64,000 nt of DNA from positions 7,606-71,605 of the forward strand of contig JAZQUI010000031.1 of NCBI GenBank assembly GCA_045631205.1, written 5' to 3'. The DNA comes from Bacteroidaceae bacterium (GTDB taxonomy: Bacteria; Bacteroidota; Bacteroidia; Bacteroidales; Bacteroidaceae). Below are positions 48,586-58,509 of this stretch, one piece after another (position 1 is the first letter of the stretch; the number at the start of each line of letters is the position of its first letter). The notes under the pieces are model-generated. The model worked only from the letters and a program-made list of their open reading frames with translations. It was not told the origin of the DNA and searched no databases. A program made the position numbers and the translations under genes.

Positions 48586-50109
48586 TTAATGTTTGAAGTG
48601 ACGGAAACCGGTGATAACCATTGAAACGCCATTCGCATCGCAGTAGTCAACCGACTCTTTGTCGCGGATAGAACCTCCCGGGTGTATAACTGCAGTTACG
48701 CCTGCTTCGTGAGCAATCTGTACACAGTCGGGGAAGGGGAAGAATGCATCGCTGGCCATAACGCTACCCTGGAGTGAGAAACCGAAGTTGCCAGCTTTCT
48801 CAATTGCGTGGCGAAGTGAATCGACACGTGAAGTCTGTCCTACACCACTAGCGATGAGCTGTTTGTTCTTGGCAAGCACGATAGCGTTGCTCTTGCTGTG
48901 TTTAACAATCTTGTTGGCAAAGAGCATATCCTCAATCTCCTCTGCTGTGGGCTCTGCCTTTGATACGGTTTTAAGATCCTCGGCTGTTTCCACTTTCTCG
49001 TCACGGTCCTGAACAAGTACACCGTTGAGTACGCTGCGGTAGCTCTGTGAGGGCATCTCAGTGCTCTTCTGTACGAGAATGATGCGGTTCTTCTTCTGTG
49101 TAAGAATTTCAAGTGCATCCATATCATAGTCGGGAGCGATGATAACCTCGAAGAAAATCTCGTTAACCTTCTCGGCTGTAGCCTTGTCAATAGCAGCATT
49201 TGCAATGAGCACACCTCCGAAAGCCGAAACGGGGTCACCTGCAAGTGCAGCCTCCCAAGCTTCGCAAAGTGTGGGACGTGATGCAAGTCCGCAAGCGTTG
49301 TTGTGCTTGAGGATAGCAAATGTTGTCTCGCCGGCAAAGTCGGCAATGAGCTCTACGGCTGCGTTGATGTCGAGCAAGTTGTTGTATGAAATCTCCTTGC
49401 CGTGTATCTGGTTGAATATTTTGTTGAAATCGCCATAGAAAGCACCCTTCTGGTGGGGGTTCTCGCCATAACGCAAAGACATGGGGCTGTCTTTTGTGCA
49501 GCGGAACGCGCTCTTGTCCTCTTTGTCGAAGTAGTTGAAGATTGCCGAGTCGTAAGAAGATGATACGGCAAATGCCTCACGGGCAAAGAAACGACGCTCT
49601 TCGAGTGTTGTCTCGGCACCGTTGCTCTGGAGAATGTCGAGAAGGGGTTTGTATTGTGCTTTGCTTGCAACGATAACAACATCGTTGAAGTTCTTTGCAG
49701 CACCACGGATGAGAGAGATGCCGCCTATATCGATTTTCTCAATGATATCGGCCTCGGGAGCGCCCGATGCTACAGTCTGCTCAAAGGGGTAGAGGTCAAC
49801 GATAACAAGGTCAATGGCGGGTATTTCGTATTCTGCCATCTGCTGCTGGTCTTTCTCATTCTCACGACGGCCAAGGATACCGCCAAATACTTTGGGGTGG
49901 AGGGTTTTTACGCGACCGCCCAGGATTGAGGGGTAGCCTGTGAGGCTCTCTACTGCTGTGCAGGGGATGTTGAGTGACTCAATGAATTGTTGTGTACCGC
50001 CTGTTGAGATAAGTTGTACTCCTTCGGCATGCAGGAGCTTTATAATCTCGTCAAGACCATCTTTGTGGAAAACGGATACCAATGCCGATTTAATTCTTTT
50101 TGTTGACAT
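48586..50109 (-). CDS. purH: bifunctional AICAR formyltransferase / IMP cyclohydrolase
   Basis: Shows ALVSVFHKDGL, GGRVKTLHPK and KHSKSNAIV, and ends in FRHFKH. Confidence 0.97.
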   Translation of the reverse strand: MSTKRIKSALVSVFHKDGLDEIIKLLHAEGVQLISTGGTQQFIESLNIPCTAVESLTGYPSILGGRVKTLHPKVFGGILGRRENEKDQQQMAEYEIPAIDLVIVDLYPFEQTVASGAPEADIIEKIDIGGISLIRGAAKNFNDVVIVASKAQYKPLLDILQSNGAETTLEERRFFAREAFAVSSSYDSAIFNYFDKEDKSAFRCTKDSPMSLRYGENPHQKGAFYGDFNKIFNQIHGKEISYNNLLDINAAVELIADFAGETTFAILKHNNACGLASRPTLCEAWEAALAGDPVSAFGGVLIANAAIDKATAEKVNEIFFEVIIAPDYDMDALEILTQKKNRIILVQKSTEMPSQSYRSVLNGVLVQDRDEKVETAEDLKTVSKAEPTAEEIEDMLFANKIVKHSKSNAIVLAKNKQLIASGVGQTSRVDSLRHAIEKAGNFGFSLQGSVMASDAFFPFPDCVQIAHEAGVTAVIHPGGSIRDKESVDYCDANGVSMVITGFRHFKH

Positions 50110-50277
50110 ATCAAATAAGTTTTATTATTATGTTTATCTCTGATTTTTAACGGGTTATGCACTTTTGAGCGTGTACGCCCCTAATTTTACGCGAAGATAA
50201 CTTCTTTTGTGGGATTTTACACTATAAAAGGGATTCTATTTTTGAGCAATTTTCGACAAGTAAATATGGATATATTT

Positions 50278-50308
50278 AAAGCCGCGAGGAACGTTCCTCG
50301 CGGCTTTA
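50278..50308 (-). terminator. terminator after nadB
   Basis: A perfect 10-bp stem (gccgcgagga / tcctcgcggc) with a 4-nt loop, flanked by tttaaa on both sides. Confidence 0.65.
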
Positions 50309-50336
50309 AATATCATCTGTTTTTGGATGTTGTCGT

Positions 50337-51908
50337 TTATTCTTCCTTTTTTGGGTGGTCGAGGTTGTAGTGCAGGCCGCGGCTCTCTTTTCTCTCCATA
50401 GCTTGTCGCATTATGAGATAACCCACGTTGATTACGTTGCGAAGCTCGCACAACTCGCGGCTCACCACACTGCGTTTGAATAGCTCTTCGGTCTCCTCGT
50501 AGAGCAGGTCGAGACGGTTCCACGCGCGTTTCAGGCGCAGGTCGGAACGTACTATGCCCACATAGGTACTCATTATCTGCTGCACCTCTTTTGCATCCTG
50601 GGAAATGAGCACCATCTCCTCGTTCATAGTGGTTCCCTCGTCGTTCCACTCGGGAATCTCATCGTTGAATGTGTATTCGTGAATATGCTCTGTTGAGTGT
50701 TTTGCAGCAGCGTCGGCATAAACCACAGCCTCTATCAGCGAGTTGCTGGCAAGGCGGTTGCCGCCGTGAAGACCGGTGCACGAGCACTCTCCCACGGCGT
50801 AAAGGCGATGTATGCTCGATGTGGCATTCAAATCGACCTTTATACCTCCACAAAGGTAGTGTGCGGCGGGTGCCACGGGTATGTAGTCTTTTGTTATGTC
50901 AATACCAAGAGAGAGGCACTTTTCGTATATGTTGGGGAAGTGTTTCTTGGTCTCTTCGGGGTCTTTGTGTGTAACGTCGAGATAGACGTGGTCGTCACCG
51001 CGGGTTTTCATCTCATTGTCAATGGCGCGTGCCACAATGTCGCGTGGTGCAAGTGAGAGGCGCGGGTCGTATTTCTGCATAAACTTCTTGCCGTCAATGG
51101 TGCGCAGTATGCCACCATAACCGCGCATTGCCTCGGTGATGAGGAACGACGGGCGGTCGCCGGGGTTGTAGAGTGCGGTGGGGTGGAATTGTACAAACTC
51201 CATGTCCTTTACCGTGCCTTTTGCGCGATATACCATTGCAATGCCGTCGCCGGTTGCCACAAGTGGGTTGGTGGTTGTCTTATAGACTGCTCCGCAGCCA
51301 CCGGTTGCCATAAGTGTAACTTTGCTCAAGAAGGTGTGTACCTGGTTTGTTGCAATGTCAAGAACATATGCACCATAACACTCAATGTCAGGAGTCTGTC
51401 GGGTAACAGTGATGCCCAGATGGTGTTGGGTAAGTATCTCTATGGCAAAATGGTTGTCGAGAATGGTTATGTTGGGGTGGTTGCGCACTGCGCGTATGAG
51501 TGATGTCTGAATTTCTGCACCGGTGTTGTCGGCATGGTGAAGTATGCGGAATTCTGAGTGTCCGCCTTCGCGGTGGAGGTCGAAATTGCCCTCTTCGTCT
51601 TTGTCGAAACTTACTCCCCAGTCGATAAGAGCCTTAATTTGCGAGGGTGCTTCGCGCACCACCTTTTCAACCGCGTCGCGGTCGCTTATGTGGTCACCTG
51701 CAATCATTGTGTCTTCAATGTGCTTGTCGAAATTGTCGACAGCAAGGTTGGTGACCGACGCAATTCCACCCTGTGCAAAATAGGTGTTTGCGTCTTCGAG
51801 TGTTGTCTTGCACACAATAGCTACACTGCCTTTGTCGGCTACTTTCAGTGCGAAACTCATACCGGCGATGCCGGAACCGATAACCAAAAAATCGAACTTT
51901 TTAATCAT
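50337..51908 (-). CDS. nadB: L-aspartate oxidase
   Basis: FAD motif (DFLVIGSGIAGMS), FVQFHPT and GLHGGNRLASNSL. Confidence 0.95.
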   Translation of the reverse strand: MIKKFDFLVIGSGIAGMSFALKVADKGSVAIVCKTTLEDANTYFAQGGIASVTNLAVDNFDKHIEDTMIAGDHISDRDAVEKVVREAPSQIKALIDWGVSFDKDEEGNFDLHREGGHSEFRILHHADNTGAEIQTSLIRAVRNHPNITILDNHFAIEILTQHHLGITVTRQTPDIECYGAYVLDIATNQVHTFLSKVTLMATGGCGAVYKTTTNPLVATGDGIAMVYRAKGTVKDMEFVQFHPTALYNPGDRPSFLITEAMRGYGGILRTIDGKKFMQKYDPRLSLAPRDIVARAIDNEMKTRGDDHVYLDVTHKDPEETKKHFPNIYEKCLSLGIDITKDYIPVAPAAHYLCGGIKVDLNATSSIHRLYAVGECSCTGLHGGNRLASNSLIEAVVYADAAAKHSTEHIHEYTFNDEIPEWNDEGTTMNEEMVLISQDAKEVQQIMSTYVGIVRSDLRLKRAWNRLDLLYEETEELFKRSVVSRELCELRNVINVGYLIMRQAMERKESRGLHYNLDHPKKEE

Positions 51909-52130
51909 ATTTCCATAGAGGTTGTGCAGGGTTGGTGGTTCTATGGGTTTTGCTGCTCAAAGTCTTTCATCGAGCCCTGCGTTCGGGTTTGTGCAAAGAG
52001 TGGCGGATTATAGCCGCTCTTTACGGTATATACCGCAAAAATACAAAAAACATAAATAAAAAGTCTTTCTATGGGGAATATTTAATAAATAATCTGTAGT
52101 TTTACCAAAGAAATCTGCTTCACATCCCTT

Positions 52131-53486
52131 ATGTATAGGATTTTTTTGTTTACCATATTCTCTTTTTTCGCCTTAACGGTGTCGCAGGCACAGCCTTCGC
52201 GCAGCGATTTTAAGGCATTGTTGGGCGATGCTCTTTTTGAGCAGAGCGATGTGTCACTTGCGGTGTATGATCTTGACGCCGATTCGTTGCTTTTTTCCCA
52301 TCGTGCGCAGAAACTTTGTCGCCCCGCCTCGGTGCTTAAATTGGTTACCTCTCTTGCCGCCCTTGAGCGTTTGGGAGCAGATTACTCTGTTGATACCCGC
52401 CTTTTGAGCAATGGCAGTAATTTGTATGTGCAAGGCGAGATTGACCCCCTTTTCTCATACGAAGATTTAAAGACTCTTCTTTCTGCGGTTTCTGTCGGCA
52501 GTGTTATTGATACTCTTTTTGCCGATTGTTCCTTTATGGACTCTATTTACTGGGGCCCGGGGTGGGCTTGGGACGATACTCCTTGGGAGTTTCAGCCCTA
52601 TATATCTCCGCTTATGCTTTGTGGCGGGTGTGTTGAAGTAAAGGCGCGCCCCTCTGCCAAGAGTGAATCTCCTTTGGTAGAGTGTTATCCACCTTCGGCG
52701 TTCTATACTGTTGTGAATGAAGCTGTGAGCAGGGGTGGAACCGGTGAGAAATTTACCATATTGCGCGATTGGCTCGAGGGGAGCAATGTAATACGTTTAC
52801 GCGGCGATTGTAATGCTGCAAAGAGCGAGAAGATGAATATGTTCCCATCGCAGAACTATTTTATGGCAGTGGCTCGGGAGCTCCTCGACTCCTTGGGTAT
52901 AAAGGTTGGCAACGTTGCATTTTCTGCGGCACCGGCGGTGTGCGATACTGTGGCGGTTGTACATCGTGCAATAGATGAAATTGTGGTTGAGGCTCTTCGT
53001 GAAAGTGATAATTTGTGTGCCGAGGCTCTTTCCTTTCACCTTGGTGCTCTTTATGGTAAGCGTCCCGTGCGTCAGGTTATGGGGCCGAAAATTATAAAAG
53101 GGTATATGGAGTATTCGTTTGATATGCCCGAGTGGTACGATGTGTGCGATGGGTCGGGTCTCTCGCCCTATACGCTCTTGTCGGCCGACATAGTGTTGCA
53201 GGTCTTGAAACGTGTCTATTCGCAGCCTGTTGTGCGCGAGGTCTTTATGCGCGGGCTACCACAGTCGGGTGTAAACGGCACTTTGAAACATCGCACAAAG
53301 GGCACGGCTGCCTATAAAAAGATTTTTGCAAAGACTGGAACTGTTACAGGTGTCTGTACTCTTGCCGGCTATGCGCAAGCGGCAAATGGGCACACTCTTG
53401 CCTTTGTGATGCTTAACAGCGGGTTACCCAAGGCTTCGCCTGTGCGTGTGTGGCAGGATAAGGTGTGCGACCTTCTTTGTCGATAG
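52131..53486 (+). CDS. dacB: D-alanyl-D-alanine carboxypeptidase/endopeptidase (PBP4, S13 family)
   Basis: Signal peptide, an SxxK motif (PASVLKL), SDN and KTGT motifs. Confidence 0.85.
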   Translation: MYRIFLFTIFSFFALTVSQAQPSRSDFKALLGDALFEQSDVSLAVYDLDADSLLFSHRAQKLCRPASVLKLVTSLAALERLGADYSVDTRLLSNGSNLYVQGEIDPLFSYEDLKTLLSAVSVGSVIDTLFADCSFMDSIYWGPGWAWDDTPWEFQPYISPLMLCGGCVEVKARPSAKSESPLVECYPPSAFYTVVNEAVSRGGTGEKFTILRDWLEGSNVIRLRGDCNAAKSEKMNMFPSQNYFMAVARELLDSLGIKVGNVAFSAAPAVCDTVAVVHRAIDEIVVEALRESDNLCAEALSFHLGALYGKRPVRQVMGPKIIKGYMEYSFDMPEWYDVCDGSGLSPYTLLSADIVLQVLKRVYSQPVVREVFMRGLPQSGVNGTLKHRTKGTAAYKKIFAKTGTVTGVCTLAGYAQAANGHTLAFVMLNSGLPKASPVRVWQDKVCDLLCR

Positions 53487-53493
53487 AATTTCT

Positions 53494-54417
53494 CTATATC
53501 TTTTTTATTGCTCCAATATTGCGCAGGAGCTGTTGATACCCGGCACGCTCCACAGCACTCCCGCCAAAAAGTTCCTTGTATCTCTCTTCGGTGAGTGTTT
53601 CCCACTCATTGTCGTCAATTGATGACATCTTTTCATTGGGAAGAAACTCTGCAACATTTGTTGTTGTGCTCTTTTTGTTCCATGGGCAGGCTGTTTGGCA
53701 GCGGTCGCAACCGTAAAAGCATTTTCCCATCTTTTCACCGACATTTTCGGGAAGTTCTCCCCTGTATTCTATTGTTAGATACGAAAGGCACTCTCTTGCG
53801 TCGAACCCGTCGGTGGTGAGTGCGTGTGTGGGGCAGTTGTCTATGCATTTTTGGCAACTGCCGCAGAGGTTCTGCTCAAAGGGTGTGTCGTATTCAAGTT
53901 CGTGGTCGATAAGAAGTTCTCCCAAGAAAAAGTATGAGCCTGCTTGGGGTATTATAAGCTGGTGGTTTCGCCCAATCCATCCTATTCCCGCTTTTCTGGC
54001 CCAGTATCGTTCTGTTACGGGTGCAGTGTCGCAAAAAGCTCTTCCTCGTACGGGTGTAATTTCATTTATGCTTTTCAGCAGCAGGTATAGTTTGTCTTTT
54101 ACCACTTTGTGGTAATCTTTTCCCTGTGCGTAGCGCGATATGTGCAGGCGGTTTTCGTCGAATCTGTTATCCTGTGCATAACTTAAAGCTACCGAAACAA
54201 TGCTTTTGCAGCCGGGTACAAGTTTTGTGGGGTCTTCTCGCTTGTCGCAGTTCCGTTCAAGATAACTCATTGCACCATGTTTTCCTGCTTTCACCCAGTT
54301 TTTCAGCCTTTCACTCTCTTCTGCGGGCAGGGGAGTGGCTTTTGCTATACCGCATACGGCAAAACCGAGGCGTTGTGCCTCGGTTTTTATATATACAGAC
54401 AGCTCTTGCGGTGTCAT
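53494..54417 (-). CDS. queG: epoxyqueuosine reductase
   Basis: Two ferredoxin-type motifs are present (CGSCQKCIDNCP, CDRCQTACPWN). The N-terminus resembles QueG, and the start overlaps the upstream stop (TGATG). Confidence 0.9.
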   Translation of the reverse strand: MTPQELSVYIKTEAQRLGFAVCGIAKATPLPAEESERLKNWVKAGKHGAMSYLERNCDKREDPTKLVPGCKSIVSVALSYAQDNRFDENRLHISRYAQGKDYHKVVKDKLYLLLKSINEITPVRGRAFCDTAPVTERYWARKAGIGWIGRNHQLIIPQAGSYFFLGELLIDHELEYDTPFEQNLCGSCQKCIDNCPTHALTTDGFDARECLSYLTIEYRGELPENVGEKMGKCFYGCDRCQTACPWNKKSTTTNVAEFLPNEKMSSIDDNEWETLTEERYKELFGGSAVERAGYQQLLRNIGAIKKI

Positions 54418-55028
54418 CAGTCGAAAATTTTGAATGTGTAACCCTGTTCCATCAACCAGTCGATTGCGCGTGGCAATGCGTAGCGCAGGTTCTTTTCGGA
54501 ACGTAATGAGTCGTGGAACGTAATTATGGAGCCGTTGCGTGTGTAGCGTTTCACATTTGCAAGTACATCCTCGCCATACATATGTATACTGTAATCACGT
54601 GTTACGAGATCCCACATTACAAACTGGTATCTCTTGGCAAGCTCGTTGTATTGTTGTGTGCGCAATACCCCGTGCGGCGGGCGAAAGAGGTTGCTGTGTA
54701 TGAAGGCATCGGCCTGGTCCACGTTCTCAATGTATTTTTTTGTGCTTGTGAATAGCCCTTTCAGGTGGTTGAAGGTGTGGTTGCCTAAACGGTGTCCGCC
54801 CTCTACAACCTGCATATACTCCTGTGAGAATTTATGCACGTTGTCACCCACCATAAAGAAGGTTGCTTTTATATTGTTACGTTCGAGAAGCTCCACCACC
54901 CATGGTGTTATTACGGGTATGGGGCCGTCGTCGAATGTAAGGTAAACAGCCTTCTCGTCGGGATTCATTCTCCACAAAGCCTTTGGGTAAAGGTTGCGGA
55001 AAAATGTCGGGACTTGTTCAATAAACAT
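54417..55028 (-). CDS. polysaccharide deacetylase (NodB homology domain)
   Basis: Shows LTFDDGP, ATFFMVG and GNHTFNH. Confidence 0.85.
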   Translation of the reverse strand: MFIEQVPTFFRNLYPKALWRMNPDEKAVYLTFDDGPIPVITPWVVELLERNNIKATFFMVGDNVHKFSQEYMQVVEGGHRLGNHTFNHLKGLFTSTKKYIENVDQADAFIHSNLFRPPHGVLRTQQYNELAKRYQFVMWDLVTRDYSIHMYGEDVLANVKRYTRNGSIITFHDSLRSEKNLRYALPRAIDWLMEQGYTFKIFD

Positions 55029-55041
55029 AGTGTATCTTTTC

Positions 55042-58000
55042 TTAATTCATTCTTTTGCGCCACTCCATGTATTTTTCTGTGAGTTCGGCTGTGAGTTCGG
55101 TGGCAATGTCTTTGCAGCTGTTGTCACCGGCGTTTAGTTCTTCTATAACTATTCTTGTGAGTTCAATTGCTGTGTAGCTCTCCTGTGCCGAAGATTTGAA
55201 TTTGTTGTTGCTTAAACTGCAGTACCAGTTGAGGTATTCAAGTTGTTCATCGGCAATTTCGCTTAAAATTTTGCGTCCGTTCTCATAATCTCCAAGTGCA
55301 ATGAATAGTCGGCCAATATCAATGCTGCCTGTCATTGCTCCGTGGGGTACGATGCTCGAGGGGAGTTCCTCTTCGAGGAGAATGAGAAGTTTAAGAGCCT
55401 TCTCGTTTTTGCCTTCGTTGTAAAGTTGCGATGCAAGTGACGATATAAGTCGGCGGTGGGTATATACCATACGGCTTATAGTTTCGTCGGAGTAGTAATT
55501 GGGATTCTCCTTGAAGCCACCGAATTTGAAACGGTTCATTACATTGTTGTAGAATGTTTCGGTGTCGGCTATTATATCGTTTTTACTGCTGTAACCAAGT
55601 TCTTTCCAATTGAAAGGGGTTATGCGGTAGGCAAGTCCTTCCTGTACGAAGAAATCCTGTAATGAACTCAAATAGTTTTCATCGCCCACAGTCATTGACA
55701 TATACATCGGGCGCACCCAATTTGCTTGTGAGAGCATCTCGAGCAGCATAAGGTCGCTGCGCAACAGTTGCTTGCGTCCGTTGAGTGAGATTGTCATGTA
55801 TTCGGGCATCTCGTCTATGTACTCTTCGGGGATAATCATGCCCGAGCGTATTACAGCCTCTTTGTCAATCTTTATGTAGAGTGTGTCGGTGGGTATGCAG
55901 TGCAGTTTTTCGTTCTTTGAGCGTACCCAGTTCTTCATAATATTCTTTACTTCAAATGGGTTTTCACCATAGCGTTTCTTCGCTCCTTCTGGGTTGTCGG
56001 CATACAGTTTCTTTATCAGTTCTTCGTAGCGGGTATCAACCTTTATCATCTCGTTGTTGTTGCCGGCGTAGTCTATACGTTCCCAACTTATAGGCAACGA
56101 TGGTGAATCGTATGCAGGGCGGCGCATCTGGTCTATGTACCAATCTGTCTGCAAATACGAAAGGTTGCAAACGCGTGTGTCGGTGCGCACGCCTTCAACC
56201 TCCTGGTTGTACCACAAGGGGAAGGTGTCATTGTCGCCACAAGTGAAAATTATGGGGTTACCCTCTTCGGGCAGAGTGTTCAGGTAGTTCTGTCCGAAGT
56301 CGCGGCATGCGTAACGGCCACTGCGGTCGTGGTCGTCCCAGGTCTGCGATACCATCTGCAAGGGTACAAGGAGGCATGCGCCTGCAATGATTGCGCTTAA
56401 TGCGGTGTTACTCTTTTTGAACCACTCGGTGATGGCTGCCACACCCATACCAATCCAAATTGCAAATGCATAGAACGATGCCGCATAGGCGTAATCGCGT
56501 TCACGGGGTTGTAGGGGTGTTTGGTTCAAATATAGTACGATGGCAAGGCCAGTCATAAAAAAGAGCATAAAAACAACGAAGAACTGTTGCTTGCCCTCTT
56601 TGCCGTGTCGAGACTGCCACAAGAGTCCCAAGATACCTAAAATAAGGGGCAAGGCATAGAACACATTGCGGCCTTTGTTCTTTTTAAGTATAGTGGGCAG
56701 TGTTTCCTGATTGCCGACCAATATGTTGTCGATAAACGAAAGACCGGTTATCCAGTTACCTTTCTCCATTTCTCCATGGCTTTGCAAGTCGTTCTGTCGG
56801 CCTACAAAGTTCCACAGGAAGTATCGCCAGTACATAAAGTTGAGCTGGTAGTTGATGAAGAATTTCAGGTTATCTATCTGTGTGGGCATCTTTATGTTCA
56901 ATGTTTCGCCCCAGGGTGCTCTGTACCGCACGTTATATCCCTTGATTTCGCCTCCACACCACTGTTCGTATAGGTTTATTCCACGGAAGTTGGCATATTC
57001 AGGGTTGTACATACGGGGGAAGAGCATATTTTGTGCATAGACATAATCTCTGTCGTAGCCGATTATTTCGTATGAATCCTTTTCATCGGGCGAAACTTTC
57101 TCCTTGGGAGCATATTTGGGTGCGCCTTGTATTGCCTTTGGCACGTAATATTCTCCTTTTGCCTCGCGCTCAATTTCGGAACTATATGCCTGTCCGTAGA
57201 GTAAAGGTCGGTCGCCGTATTGTTCGCGTCCCAAATATGTGCCGAGGGTGAAGATGTCCTCGGGTGAGTTCTGGTCCATTGGAGTGTTGGCAGCCGAACG
57301 CACAACAATAAGTGCGTAAGAGAAATATCCAATCATTATCACTGTCATGCAGAGCAACGATGTGTTCAACCAACGAAGGTTTACAAGGTGGTTTTCTCCC
57401 TTGCGGAACATTACGAGAAAGAATATTGCAACCAATGCTATAATGCCTATGGTTATGCTCAGGAAACCGTAGCCATAGAATGGAATGCCAAGCAAAGCGA
57501 TTGAGGCAGTGAATGCGATGGCAAGGTTTTTGCGCTTGTAGCCCTTCTCGCTCTCCCACAATCCCCACACAAGTGCGGCACACAGGAGTACAATATATGT
57601 GATAAGTCCGCTGTTGAACGGCAATCCCAGCAAGTTTACGAAAAGCAGTTCGAACCAACCGCCAACTTTTACCACGCCGGGTACAATGCCGTAGAGCACC
57701 ACTGCCACAAGAATGCCGGAAAGGGCTATTGCAAGCAATGAGCCTTTGAGGCTTGCTTTGGGCACTCGTTTGTAGTATGCCACAAGTACAATGGCAGGGA
57801 TACAAAGCAGGTTGAGCAGGTGTACGCCGATAGAGAGTCCCACAAGGTAGGCTATTAGTATGAGCCATCGGTCGCTGTGAGGCTCATTGGCCTGTTCTTC
57901 CCATTTGAGTATGAGCCAGAATACAACTGCGGTAAAGAGTGAAGAATAGGCATATACCTCTCCCTCAACAGCGCTGAACCAATATGTATCGCTCCAGGTG

Positions 58001-58389
58001 TATGCAAGTGCTCCCACGAGTCCCGACCCTATAATGGTAATCAGTTGCGATGTCTTTATGTTTGTACCATTGCCCACAATTAGCTTGCGTGTGAGGTGGG
58101 TGATGCTCCAGAAAAGGAACAATATACCCCCGGCACTTAGCAACGCACTCATATAGTTCACCATAAGCGCGACATTTTCGGGCTTGGCGAAGAGTGAGAA
58201 GAAATTTGCGGTGAGCATAAAGAAGGGTGCGCCGGGCGGGTGGCCTACTTCGAGCTTGTTGCCCGAAAGGATAAACTCGGGGCAATCCCAAAAACTTGCG
58301 GTGGGCTCCACGGTGAGGCAGTATGTTATAGCTGCCACAATAAATGTGAGCCAACCGGTGATGTTGTTTACGGTTTTGAATCTTTTCAT
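55042..58389 (-). CDS. DUF2723-family giant membrane protein (TMEM260-like, putative GT-C) with C-terminal TPR-like region
   Basis: The N-terminal block VEPTASFWDCPEFILSGNKLEVGHPPGAPFF is typical of DUF2723. There are two clusters of TM helices. 1115 aa. Confidence 0.8.
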   Translation of the reverse strand: MKRFKTVNNITGWLTFIVAAITYCLTVEPTASFWDCPEFILSGNKLEVGHPPGAPFFMLTANFFSLFAKPENVALMVNYMSALLSAGGILFLFWSITHLTRKLIVGNGTNIKTSQLITIIGSGLVGALAYTWSDTYWFSAVEGEVYAYSSLFTAVVFWLILKWEEQANEPHSDRWLILIAYLVGLSIGVHLLNLLCIPAIVLVAYYKRVPKASLKGSLLAIALSGILVAVVLYGIVPGVVKVGGWFELLFVNLLGLPFNSGLITYIVLLCAALVWGLWESEKGYKRKNLAIAFTASIALLGIPFYGYGFLSITIGIIALVAIFFLVMFRKGENHLVNLRWLNTSLLCMTVIMIGYFSYALIVVRSAANTPMDQNSPEDIFTLGTYLGREQYGDRPLLYGQAYSSEIEREAKGEYYVPKAIQGAPKYAPKEKVSPDEKDSYEIIGYDRDYVYAQNMLFPRMYNPEYANFRGINLYEQWCGGEIKGYNVRYRAPWGETLNIKMPTQIDNLKFFINYQLNFMYWRYFLWNFVGRQNDLQSHGEMEKGNWITGLSFIDNILVGNQETLPTILKKNKGRNVFYALPLILGILGLLWQSRHGKEGKQQFFVVFMLFFMTGLAIVLYLNQTPLQPRERDYAYAASFYAFAIWIGMGVAAITEWFKKSNTALSAIIAGACLLVPLQMVSQTWDDHDRSGRYACRDFGQNYLNTLPEEGNPIIFTCGDNDTFPLWYNQEVEGVRTDTRVCNLSYLQTDWYIDQMRRPAYDSPSLPISWERIDYAGNNNEMIKVDTRYEELIKKLYADNPEGAKKRYGENPFEVKNIMKNWVRSKNEKLHCIPTDTLYIKIDKEAVIRSGMIIPEEYIDEMPEYMTISLNGRKQLLRSDLMLLEMLSQANWVRPMYMSMTVGDENYLSSLQDFFVQEGLAYRITPFNWKELGYSSKNDIIADTETFYNNVMNRFKFGGFKENPNYYSDETISRMVYTHRRLISSLASQLYNEGKNEKALKLLILLEEELPSSIVPHGAMTGSIDIGRLFIALGDYENGRKILSEIADEQLEYLNWYCSLSNNKFKSSAQESYTAIELTRIVIEELNAGDNSCKDIATELTAELTEKYMEWRKRMN

Positions 58390-58447
58390 TATCTTGTTCT
58401 GTTTTTTGCAGTGTGTGCGGGGTGTGTTTTTACCCCGTAAAATTGTG

Positions 58448-58455
58448 CAAAGTTA
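58448..58455 (-). promoter_or_regulatory. -7 box TAACTTTG upstream of the DUF2723 gene
   Basis: The plus strand reads CAAAGTTA, 59 nt from the ATG at 58389. The hairpin cggggt...accccg lies in the predicted leader. Confidence 0.35.
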
Positions 58456-58509
58456 CCTAAACGACGGGAGAAGAACAAGATATTGCTGATGAATTTAACA
58501 CAATTAGTG

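Noticed and set aside
50110-50336. Checked the purH upstream region for a ZTP (pfl-motif) riboswitch.
   Set aside because: Read on the minus strand, the region lacks the conserved GGGTCGTGAC...CCGCCTGGGC-type elements. I see only a weak -7-like box and an AT-rich leader.
58391-58481. 11-bp inverted repeat tatcttgttct / agaacaagata spanning the DUF2723 promoter region, considered as a possible mobile-element end or an operator.
   Set aside because: It is a single pair with no associated transposase and no target duplication. It could be a regulatory palindrome, but nothing else supports that.
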